Positions 1-14,031 of a stretch of DNA of 64,000 nucleotides are shown here, piece by piece. Within the stretch, counting starts at the first letter, position 1, and each line of letters starts with the position of its first letter. Location of the stretch: NCBI RefSeq assembly GCF_009914755.1, contig NC_060936.1. One strand, written 5' to 3'. This DNA is from the human T2T-CHM13v2.0 reference genome, Homo sapiens. A model generated the notes under the pieces. It was not told the DNA's origin. It saw only the letters and a list, made by a program, of their open reading frames with translations, and did no database searches. The position numbers and the translations under genes are program-made.

Positions 1-58
1 GGCTTACTTTAGGATTTAATTTGGTTTTATTAAAATTACCAAAATTCTCTCTGGGCAG

Positions 59-161
59 GTGTAGACCCGGGCAGGGCGAAGCTCTCTGGGCTGTTGACTG
101 TGAGGCCCCTCCCCACCGGTAGATTTCCAAGCCTCTTCAGTTTTGCATTCAGCCACAGCAG
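59..161 (+). other. Candidate non-coding (5'UTR-type) exon
   Basis: Perfect donor CAG|GTGAGT at 159-167; weak upstream acceptor ttctctctgggcAG ending at 58; locally GC/CpG-richer and repeat-free; no ATG inside. The 5' boundary is uncertain and the exon could extend upstream of the window. Confidence 0.4.
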
Positions 162-1747
162 GTGAGTGTTTCTGGTGCATGTGGACTGTGTGTGCGTGTA
201 TGTGTGTGTCCTTACCCTATTTTGTCTTATAAAATCTCATAAAATGGGTTTCCCACTCTCACTACCTTTACTTATCCATGTCTACACTCTTGTTGGGAGC
301 TAATGCTTGCCTACATGATTTTTGCCTTTTCTAAATTCATAAGTAGGAATTTAGAGGAATCCCAGGTAGCCGGTGTAAGTGCATCTGAAACCAGTGAATG
401 CACCACAGGTGTCTGATATGGATATAGGGAGGGGATGTGTGTGGGTGTGTGCATGTGTGTTTGTCTAAATGTAGCTTGAAGTGTAGATGTTTCCCCAAGT
501 GGCTAGACACTACAATCTCAGAACTATAAGAACACAGATTTATACTGCCTAAGGAAAGGCTGTAATGTATCTTAAGAGGTGAAAGAAGCTGCCTACAAGA
601 GGACACAATACCTGCTCTGGGGGGGGGTATAGACACATCCTAATATGTAGATTCTATCAGAGATCATTTTTGGTGTAAACTATAGTAATAGGTTTTAGGC
701 TGCTTTACTCTTTCTTTTCAGAAAAGTAGTGTAGGAAAAGCTTGGCGGGGGAAACAGATTTCCATTTAAATTTTCCAATATATTACTTTTTCCCTTGAAT
801 AAAGATATCTTCATTAGGATTCAGAAATTTTTGCTTTAGGGGGGCTGCACCCAGAAGTAGTAGAATAGGAAATAGGAATCAAAGAAAATGAGAATGGTGA
901 AACTGAAAAGAAACCTCCTGAATTGGATTTCTCATATTTATCTTGGTGGTCGATCATTGTCCCCCAAGGCCACCAACCCACACATTGAGAGGTAGAACTC
1001 AGGCAAAACTTCTCCCCCAGTTCTGTCTTAGTCTAGTTTTCCTGCCTGAAGAGAGACATTTTCAATTCATCAGAGCTTGTGCCTCCCTCCAACTTAAGAT
1101 CTAAATGAGTGTTTTCCCACCTCTGTCTATCTACTCACATCCCAAATATCTCCAAAGAAACTGGGGAAGAGCTCTCTAATGGGGAACGTGAACATTCCAC
1201 TTCTCTATTAGAGAATCCCACAAAATTATGTCAGAGAGCTGCTGGACCAGGAGTCTCTGTTTCTCAGTACCCTGACTTTTGCTCCCTCCCCACTGCTTTG
1301 CTTGGCTGGAATCAATTGACATTGAACCTGCCTATTGCATTTAAGAGAAGTGGGAGTACAGATAGGGTTTTTAAAAAGTTAGCTTCATGTTAGGAATAAT
1401 GCAAGGACTCAAGTGCCTCCCTAAGGATCTAATTTTGAATCTACAGGGTTGAATGAGAAACTAGTCCATTTGAGGCAGCCTAACATGGGGCACTTGAAAA
1501 TGGACATTTTCTCACGATCTGTCCTTTCCTTTAAAAAAATAATGTAACTTAGAAGAATATGATTATCCTAAAACATTTTATTTTTTAATTAAAGAGGGTT
1601 CATTATGCTACCCGTCTCATCTCGTCCCAGAGGAGGAAAACCCTGTGTTCAGCAAGTTTGCTAAGAAATAATTATAGGTTCAGATCTTCCCCAGGCCCCG
1701 AAATTCAATTAAAATTTTTTTGTTTTAAGTTGCTAGCAGTCACATGG

Positions 1748-1798
1748 TATGTATGTGTGTGTGCGTGCGTGCGTGTGTGTGTGTGTGTGCATGTGTAT
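1748..1798. repeat. (GT)n/(GCGT)n compound microsatellite
   Basis: Directly visible alternating purine-pyrimidine tract. Confidence 0.9.
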
Positions 1799-2054
1799 GC
1801 CCCAGTTTTCCTTGTAAGTATTCTGGGAATAGGTTCTCAAATGTGACAGTCATCTTCACATTCTCAGCCCAATTTCTTTGGCTGTATCTAGGTGAGCAGA
1901 TATTAACATGGTGAAAAATCTTCTGCAAAAGGAAGCTCACTTTGATTTTTGTTTGTTGGCTTAATTTTTGGCTAGAATCACCCCAATTGTCTACCAGTCC
2001 CCAGTTCCTGGGATACTTCTCTGCCTTATACTGAATTAGGTCAGTATAAAGGTA

Positions 2055-2234
2055 CAGTGGCTCTCAATCTTCACTGTGGATCTGAATCATCTGGGGAACT
2101 TTTAAACCATAGAGGTTCCTGGGTCCCACTCCTAGATGTATAGAGTCAACTGGTGCACCATGAGACCCAGACATCCATATTTTTAAAAAGCTCCTTGGGT
2201 GATTCTAATATGCAGCCAGGGATGAGAACTACTG
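2055..2234. mobile_element. MER5-family (hAT-Charlie) DNA transposon MITE
   Basis: TIR-like ends cagtggctctc...gagaactactg; typical body 'aaaagctccttgggtgattctaatatgcagccaggg'. Confidence 0.8.
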
Positions 2235-2957
2235 AAGAGATGGCAGCTGTGTTTGGATCTCACAAATGATGTGAGATTTGGGTGATTAGTAAAGACACCC
2301 AAACAGGATCATGAGGCTCAATTTGACTCTCTGCATTGCTCGGCTCATTGTATAGTTATTTTACGTCATGTAAGCATAGGGGCAGAGCGTTACCTGTTTA
2401 TCCTGACTGAGTTATATTTAAACCTAGGTGGGAACAGGATTCCATAATTTTCCCCCTACCACCTCTTTCCCCTTTCCAGGAGAGGTGACAGTTCTATTGA
2501 AGCTCTATCCCTGTTTACATATAGAAGGACATAAAGATTATTTAGGGAGGACAGTGGACCTTCCATAGGTGACAGGTGCTGTATGGGCAGGCTGGCACAC
2601 CTAGGACATTCCAGGGCATGGGGATGTATTTATGAGTTCACTTAAGCCATGGCTGACCTCTCCCACAGTTTAAAGAAAATAAATAAAACCACTCCCCAGG
2701 CTTCAGGACACAAGCCCTCCTGGCAGCCAGAACTATGGAAAGAGGGTGGATAGGGATGTGTGAGGCCAGATTCTTACCATATAATAAACCAAAATAGACA
2801 TGTTTAATAGAAATCTAATAAATGAATTAATAAAATAAATAACAAATGTGCCTATGAATCCCCATATATCTCAGCCTATAAACATATAGGTTTATATATA
2901 TTAGTAGCTTACATATTGTGTATGCAAGTGTGTAGATTTAAATAGATTGCTATATAA

Positions 2958-3411
<454 letters not shown>

Positions 3412-3876
3412 GTTATTTAGATTTATAAAGTATGTATACATTTTCTATTTTGTATACAGATGTTCATTGTTATCTATCTTAGCTTTTTCAAAGAGATGGT
3501 ACCGAATCTGTGTGTAGATAGCCAAAGTGGGCAATTCAGACACAAATAATCTACTCTGGGGCTTAGATAATCTGAGTTTACTAATTATATGAATCTGATT
3601 CTAAACTCTTCACTTATTTGGTGCTATATAGACATAGCTTCTGTAATTTGAACCAGATGAATGCACTTCATTTTACTTTGAGGATGCATGTGTGTGAATA
3701 GCTAGTAGGACCTTTGGGTCAACTTTTACTTATCTGCACTCTTGGAGGGAGGGAGTAGAAAATTATCCAAGAAATAGCTAAGAAAAATAATTTTAATTTG
3801 GCTTTGTAATGAAGTCAGAATCTCAATCTCTCTCTCTCTTTAGCCTCCTCTCACATACAGGTGCCAAATAAGTGAA

Positions 3877-3919
3877 TACACACACACACATGCACACGCG
3901 CGCACACACACACACACAC
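3877..3919. repeat. (CA)n/(CG)n compound microsatellite
   Basis: Directly visible. Confidence 0.9.
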
Positions 3920-4904
3920 TCGGTCTTTTGTCAAACAGACCCTAATATCTTTCTGGGCTTGAATGACTGCATCTTGATGGCCCATGAAGGGGAGGAAGTG
4001 AACCTAAGTGATCTCCAGAGACAACGATAGACTAGCACACAGTATCCATATATGTCGATATGTGCTAACATATGTAGAGATATGCTTTTGTCCCCAAAGG
4101 CCTTAAGAAATTGTCTACAAACCACTATAAAATCCTTATCTGATTTCTATGCCATTTCTGCTTATCTGGTAACATAGTTTGATTCTGCATTCAAAACGGA
4201 ACAGATATTGGAATTGTGTCTCCCCAGACCACCTCCCAGAGCTGGGGCTCAGGGTCACACAGTGAACAGTGGAGGGTGGGAAGGAAGCCATCCACTACCA
4301 TCTTCCTGTCCCCTGTGGGTAGTTGGAGCTCAGCCAATTACAGAGGCTCCCGAGACACTGTTTAACAGGTCCATTTATGGTGATATTTTATGAAAAAGAA
4401 TATAGATGAGTTTTAATAAGACTTCTCTCTCTGAGCTGGCTCTGCAACAACTTAGCTTTAAATATGCATCTCATTCTCCTAACTGCTTCTCTTCACTTGT
4501 CGGCAAGACCAAAATGAGGCATATGGGGAGACAAAAACAAACCTGGTCTTGGAAAAAGACAACTCTGTCCAAAGCCAAGACTGGCTACCCATGCATGAAC
4601 TAAAAAGGGAATTTTCTGGATTACTCAGTCTTAGATATCCCATTTCATTAAATATGTACAACATGAAATCAACTTTGTTGTTTTCTTGAATCCAAATCTC
4701 CCCTTTGGCAGGGCTGTGTAGGAAAAGGGAGTAGAACTGCTCTGTGAATTTCATAGAATTGCTGTTTCACCCACACTACTGGTGATCCACTAGTTACAGT
4801 GTGGACATATCAGCTTTCCAGTTTTCACCTGGGAGATATACGGTCACATATTATGTGGGTTTGTGCCAGCAGAATGAAGTGGGATGAGGAGGATTGGACC
4901 GGCT

Positions 4905-5160
4905 CCTCATTTATTCATTCAATGAAGGTTTATTGAACCATCTACGATGTACCAGGTGCTGTGCTAGGTTCTGGGATGGCAAAGAACAAGATCTTTGCCT
5001 ACAATGTACTCACTGAATTAGCAGAAGAAATCAACATATCAACAGATAATTATAATATAGTGTTTTAAGTGTACTGATAGAAATAATGCACAAGGTATTA
5101 TGAATGCACAAGCTATTATGAACACACAAAGGAGCAGAATCTAATCCACTCTTTGGGGTG
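4905..5160 (-). mobile_element. L2 3' end fragment
   Basis: 'cattcaatgaaggtttattgaaccatctacgatgtaccaggtgctgtgctagg' resembles the reverse complement of the L2 3' terminus. Confidence 0.7.
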
Positions 5161-5299
5161 GGGGCTGCACAGAGAGTGTCCTCTCCAGAAGCAGATGGCA
5201 AGCACTGGAACTTTATTTTATTCACCTTTGTATCTCCTAGTCCTAACGATCATGCCATGTTTGTTCCATGAATTGACCAAGGATTTAAGTCTCTTTAAA

Positions 5300-5395
5300 T
5301 GCAGTGGCAAAAGCACTGTAATAGGAGTCAGGAGGTCTGGATTCTGGTCTAGGCTCTGCTATTGCAGTTTGTGGCTGGGCCATGTCACTGCTTGT
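5300..5395 (+). mobile_element. MIR fragment
   Basis: 'aagcactgtaataggagtcaggaggtctggattctggtctaggctctgc' resembles the MIR head. Confidence 0.55.
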
Positions 5396-6109
5396 CAAGA
5401 TGAAATTAGAGGAAGATCCTGGACCAATACTAGGCCACCACTTCCCTATTTAAATAAAATATACTGCCCCTCCTTCCAGTATGTCTATAATGTATAAGAA
5501 ATAAAATCAAAGTTTTCTTTCTATAATCCATTCATAAAGTAGTTGTCAGCTCTCCATAACCTTGCCCTTTTCTAGTTTTCTGTGACACTTTTAAAAGTTA
5601 GGGCAGGTTGACTAGTACTAAGGAAGCTGGAACCTGGGAGAAAGTGAGATCATATTAAAAAGCCTGTTTGGCTTATTTCTGCCAGTGCTGAAAAACAGTT
5701 TAAACCCAGCCCGCACTTAGGGCAGTGGGGCAGCAGAGCATGGGGACCGCATTGTGTCCTCCATAGAACTACTGTTTGCTTCTCTGCTTGAGCCCAGCAG
5801 AGAGCGAGGCGGGTAGCCAAAGCGTGCTGACCTGGTTGCAACAGGAGGGCTTGCATCCCTTGTAATCATGCTTCCTCTTCCTTTTTCTTGAAGGAAGGGA
5901 AATAAAACCCAAATGTTGTACATCTAATCAAACAACTCAGTGTTAAAGCTGGAGGGCCTGATCCTTCTCATAGTATCCTTTGCTTTTTGCCTCCAGAACA
6001 CTAAAACTCTTGTTTACCTCCATCTTCTTTTCTGTAATATGGGGGCTGCGCAGAGGGTGGCCTCTCGAGAAGCAGATGGCAAGCAATAGAACTTTATTTT
6101 ATTCACAAT

Positions 6110-6300
6110 TCCTGCCCTACTATTTAATGTGTGTTTCTTTTATAGTACTTACCAAAATTTATAATTTATGTTTGATTAATATGTCTTTCTAACTAGATGG
6201 TAAGATTCATGAATGCAGGGTTTGTATTTGTTTTCTTCTCCATTTAATTCCCAGCATCTAGTATGGTGTTTCCAGATAGTAGTCACTCAATAAATACTTT
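6110..6300 (+). mobile_element. L2 3' end fragment (continues after the Alu to about 6680)
   Basis: 'ctagatggtaagattcatgaatgcaggg...tcactcaataaatac' followed after the Alu by 'aatggatgaatgg'. Confidence 0.65.
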
Positions 6301-6650
6301 ATTTTTTATATTTTTAGACATAGGATCATGCTCTGTCACCCAGGCTAGAGTGCAGTTGCACGATCATAGCTCACCATAACCTCAAACTCCTGGGCATAAG
6401 TGATGCTCTCGCCTCAGCCTCCAATGTAGCTGGGACTACAGGGGTACACCACCATGCTGGGCTAATTTTTTATTTTTTATAGAGATGGGAGGTGTCTCAC
6501 CATGTTTCCCAGGCTGGTCTTAAACTCCTGGCCTCAAGCGATTCTCCTGCCTCGGCCTCCAAAAGTGCTGGGATTAGAGCTCCAGCCTGTGCTCACAGCC
6601 CCAGCCTGTGCTCAGCCTCATAAATACTTTTGAGTCACTGTGCCCAGCCT
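6301..6650 (-). mobile_element. AluJ with rearranged 5' junction
   Basis: Alu dimer with J-type motifs (gatcatagctcac, cctgggcataagtgat); flank 'ataaatacttt' on both sides. Confidence 0.9.
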
Positions 6651-6894
6651 CATACATACTTTTGAGTAAATGGATGAATGGTGTTGTCAAAGTCAAATAT
6701 TATGAAGTATTTGAAATCACTTCAAAAAATTATAAAGGAGAAACATGTAAAGCATTGTTTCTTCTCAACTAGATTGTAAGTTTCTTCATTTTAGGAACTG
6801 AGTCTTATACTCTTTATTTCCCATCAATCTAGCATTTCCACCTAGTAGGTACTCTGTAAATAATTATGCGTATCACTACAGTGTTTAAAAGAAC

Positions 6895-9721
<2,827 letters not shown>

Positions 9722-11857
9722 AGTAGGGTGGATCTTAAAGGAGAAACAAGAGGTGGAACAAGGACGAAAGGGAATTCAATTTGCTGAGTTTTTTGGGGAA
9801 AGCTGAGAAGCGTGTTCACTTTCCTAGCCAATGTAATTAGGTAAGTTTAATGTCAAGACTCCAAATGTGACTGTTTTTTATTGAGATTTCTAGTTTTGGT
9901 TGTGGTGTTTGAAACTTAATTGACCCAGCCACCTTCTTTGGGTCCAGAGACACTTAAAATGTGAAACATTGACCTTTTGTCCTTAGTGTCCTTCATCTTT
10001 CTGAAGATCTGGATAATTGGTGGGTGTGGAAGAAAGCCAGGGAGAACCTTGTGTCTGTCTTGAGAATGAAAGGGTGACAGGAAACCAGGGAGTGACTCAG
10101 GGAGACTGGAGTCTAGAAACACAATGCTCTGAAGACTTCCCTGGGTATATAATGGGAAGGAACTTGGAGGTCTTGATGACTGCTTGGACTCCTACTTTGC
10201 TGCAGTTTCTATTCTAATCTCTATTTTTGTCCTTTCTCCAGGATCCAAACTTCAGTGACCTGAGTACCTGTCACACCTATTTGTTCTGAATAGCCCCTTT
10301 GAACAGAGCCTTTCTTGACAGAGAAAAGGAGTATTGGTAGGTGTGGGAGGCAGGGAGATCTAGCAAAAAAGAAAAAAAAAGAATTATTAATAGCTGTAGT
10401 CATTGGGAAACTCAGCCTGATGGGGAAAACAATAATCAGATTTAAGAACTAAGAATCAACAAATATAAAGACTTTCTTCATTAGAACAAAAGCTTCCTTG
10501 ATAAAAAAAAAAAACGTTGAGCTAGATTTTAAAGGACCTTTAGAATGCATATTGTGGCAAAGGAGAAGAAACTCCACCCAAGGCAGCCAGCATAAGCATG
10601 GTGGAGGAAGCATTTTCTCCCATAATGTTGGGCCTCAGCCACAGGAATAAGCGCTGCCCAGAGCTAGTTAGCTGTGACCCTGTTCCTGCATATCCTGAGT
10701 GATTTGATGTGACTAGCTGAAGTCCAGTTAAGGGTCAATTGAGGGAGCAAGTGAGGGGATACTATGAAGTAACAGTTTGGCTTGGGTCTTGACTGGAGAA
10801 TTCAGTGCGTTTGAGGTTGCCTCTAAGAGGAGTAGAAATAAGAGCATTAGGAGCCCTTGCTGCCGTTTGGGTTACCTACATCAAAACAGATTTGTGTTCT
10901 GCTCTCTGGCCAGCCCTATTCTCTGCTCTTCTTATCCCAACTTGCCTAATTGATACCTTGGCCGATGGTGTCATTAACAATGCTTGAATAATAGCCTGAC
11001 TGGCTGATTTCAAAATGAGAGACATGATTAATATGTCGGAAATCCAGCTGGGGGGAGCAGGAAAGGGGATGTCCCAAGAAAAAGAAAATGGGGGAGGGGT
11101 CCTTCACTCCCTTACTGCCAGTCCACTGTCTTCAGCAGAAGGGAAGAACTTGGGGATAGGAGTCTGACTTCAGCTCCTTCTTGGTTTGCTGATCCCTCTC
11201 CATTTCTCTCCCCTACCTCCCCCAACAGCACACGTTCTGACACCTACAAGCTCGTTACATGATGATGACCTATATTTTTATCTTTTTTATGAGCATCAAA
11301 CACACATTGTCTTGCAAGCACATGTGTTTTTTTCCCCTGTTGACGTGTGAGTGCCTTTGATGGTAATTTATTGTAGGGTTGAACAGCCAGGTCTTAATTG
11401 TACCCTGAAATTGCTTACCATTTTGATGCCTCCAAACCATCCCAAAATGTACCTTTTTCCTACAGAAGGGTATGGGGCAATCTCTTTTTTACTGTGTTAT
11501 ATGGTGGAATGTGAAGCTTAGAGAGAACATGAGGGAAAGATTCCCTAGCTGGGTTTCAGGGACGCCTTGGTCCCCAGCTTCTAATTGCAGTTGGGCTGTC
11601 TGAAAGTTCTGCTCTACTCAACAAAATTTAGACTCAGTTTTTCCCTCATGGTATAGGGTCAACATGACTTCACTGGTTGCTTAGAATGGTCAACGGGCAG
11701 TTTCTACTCCAGCATTCAGACTTTTGGGGAAATTTCCATTGTGGCCACTTGTATCTGTGACTGTAGATGGGATTAGAAATGAGAATGTGGGCATTAACCT
11801 AGGGAGCCTGGGCTATGAGAGGCAGCATATCAGGCCTTCTGCAGTATCCTGTAATAA

Positions 11858-12284
<427 letters not shown>

Positions 12285-13199
12285 TAATTATAATTTGAGT
12301 TTGGGCCTAATAGTCTCCTTTGCTGTGGCCTCACTTTGTCCCTCAGTACAATAGACAGCATCATACCCTAGGACACTCACATTCATTACAGAAGGATGAG
12401 TCAGTGTTCCAGAACAACTAGAAATGTAACCCATGTCTCATGAAAATATAAGGAGAAAAGAAAGACTGAAATTCCTATCATTCCCTCTGGAGAGGCCAGG
12501 GGTAGTATCCAATGTTAACCCAGGCTGCTGTGCTGGAAACCGGTCTACCTGCAGACTGGATCCGTGTTAGTTCTTGCTACAGACTCTCCATTCCAGCTGA
12601 GTTCATTCTTCTGTCTCTCACACATGATGCTCATTGCATGTGCTTGTTCATACTTGCCTCCAAACATGTATACAGGCCAGTTTCCTCCTCTCCTACTCCA
12701 GGTACTGTTTCTCCATCCTCCCTGTCCAACTTTGTCCATTTTCTTTGTAGATACCCAGTCCTACCTGAGCTCACTTCCACCAGAAAACTTTCTTAATTGG
12801 CCTTCCCTGGCTCCAAGGACTGTACTATTCTATAGTTCCTCAACATTGTATTATTTGCACTTATTTCTGTGATCTACTGTCTGCCTGTGTCCATGGAGGG
12901 ATGTTGTGTATCTGTCTCAATGAGCCTCCTGACTGAGAGCAGAGCTATTACTACTGTCACCTTCTTCAGTGGATTAAAATCTCTTCTGTTAAAGGCCTCT
13001 CTCTTCTGAGAGACTTTACACTCTTCCTTGGTGTCCGTGGCAGTGGAGTTGTATAGGAGCAAATGAGCTTGAGAAAGACAGCAGCTTCCATGATGGAGTC
13101 CATGTGAAATCTCATTTTCCTATAATAACTAGGACATTATTGATTCTCAAACTTCAGAAAATGAGTTGGTTATCTGGAAATTTCAAAGAAATATGGTGC

Positions 13200-13800
13200 A
13201 TCTCTTAATTACCTGGTTTTCCAATATACAGATAATAAAATTAGAATTCTGTTGCTTGATCTTCAGAGCCCTCCACGGCGACAATAATATTGGGATCAAC
13301 ATTCTTTTACATAACCTAGACTGCAATCTCATGGGTCTACTTGAGTTTCTTCAACTTGTTCTATGCCTCCAGACCTTTGCATGTGCTATTCTTTCTGTCT
13401 GGAATGCCATCCTTTCCTCATCAACTTGCCAAGATCTGATCCTTCATTTAAAGCCTAGCTTAAAATCTTCTCCAAGATTACGTCCCAGATCGCTCTAGCG
13501 AGAATTATTTCTGACCCTCCTGCAACTATAGTGTCACATTGTTTGAGTCTCTATTATACTACTAGAATAATATTTACATATGTATTTATCTCTTTTACTA
13601 TTTTGTAGGTTATGGGAAGGTGGAAATTGTATATATTTTTTTCTCTTCTTTTTTTCCTCCTTATTCTCTGCCATCTTGTATCAATTTGAAACTAACTCCC
13701 CCAAGATTGTTTATGTTTTAACTGTATATCCCTTTATATTCCTGGGCTTAACATAATGCCTTGCATAGGAGATGCTCAAGAAATATAAATTAATTTGGAT
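13200..13800 (+). mobile_element. L2 fragments
   Basis: 'gacctttgcatgtgctattctttctgtctggaatgcc' and 3'-end-like 'cataatgccttgcataggagatgctcaagaaat'. Confidence 0.6.
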
Positions 13801-13812
13801 AATAGAGCCAGG

Positions 13813-14031
13813 TTTTTTTTTCTTGTTTTCAACTTTTATTTTAGATTTCAGGGCTACACATGCAGGTTTGTTACAAAGGTATATTATGTGATGCTGTGGT
13901 TTGGAGTACAATTGAACCCTTCACCCAGGAAGTGAGCATAATACCCAGTAGGGAGTTTTTCAGTTCTTAACCCCCTCCCACCTGTAAAGAGAGTTTACAC
14001 TCTTCCTTGTTCTCCCATTTTTATGTCCATG
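13813..14031 (-). mobile_element. L1PA/L1PB 3' terminal fragment with complex 5' junction
   Basis: 'ttttattttagatttcagggctacacatgcaggtttgttaca...cacccaggaagtgagcataataccc' is an old primate L1 3'UTR end. Confidence 0.85.

Noticed and set aside
839-858. gggggctgcac as a third copy of the 67-bp repeat
   Set aside because: Only about 11 bp match and it does not extend; compatible with chance.
5700-5925. Possible sno/scaRNA
   Set aside because: I could not support a two-hairpin H/ACA or C/D box layout, nor recognise a known family.
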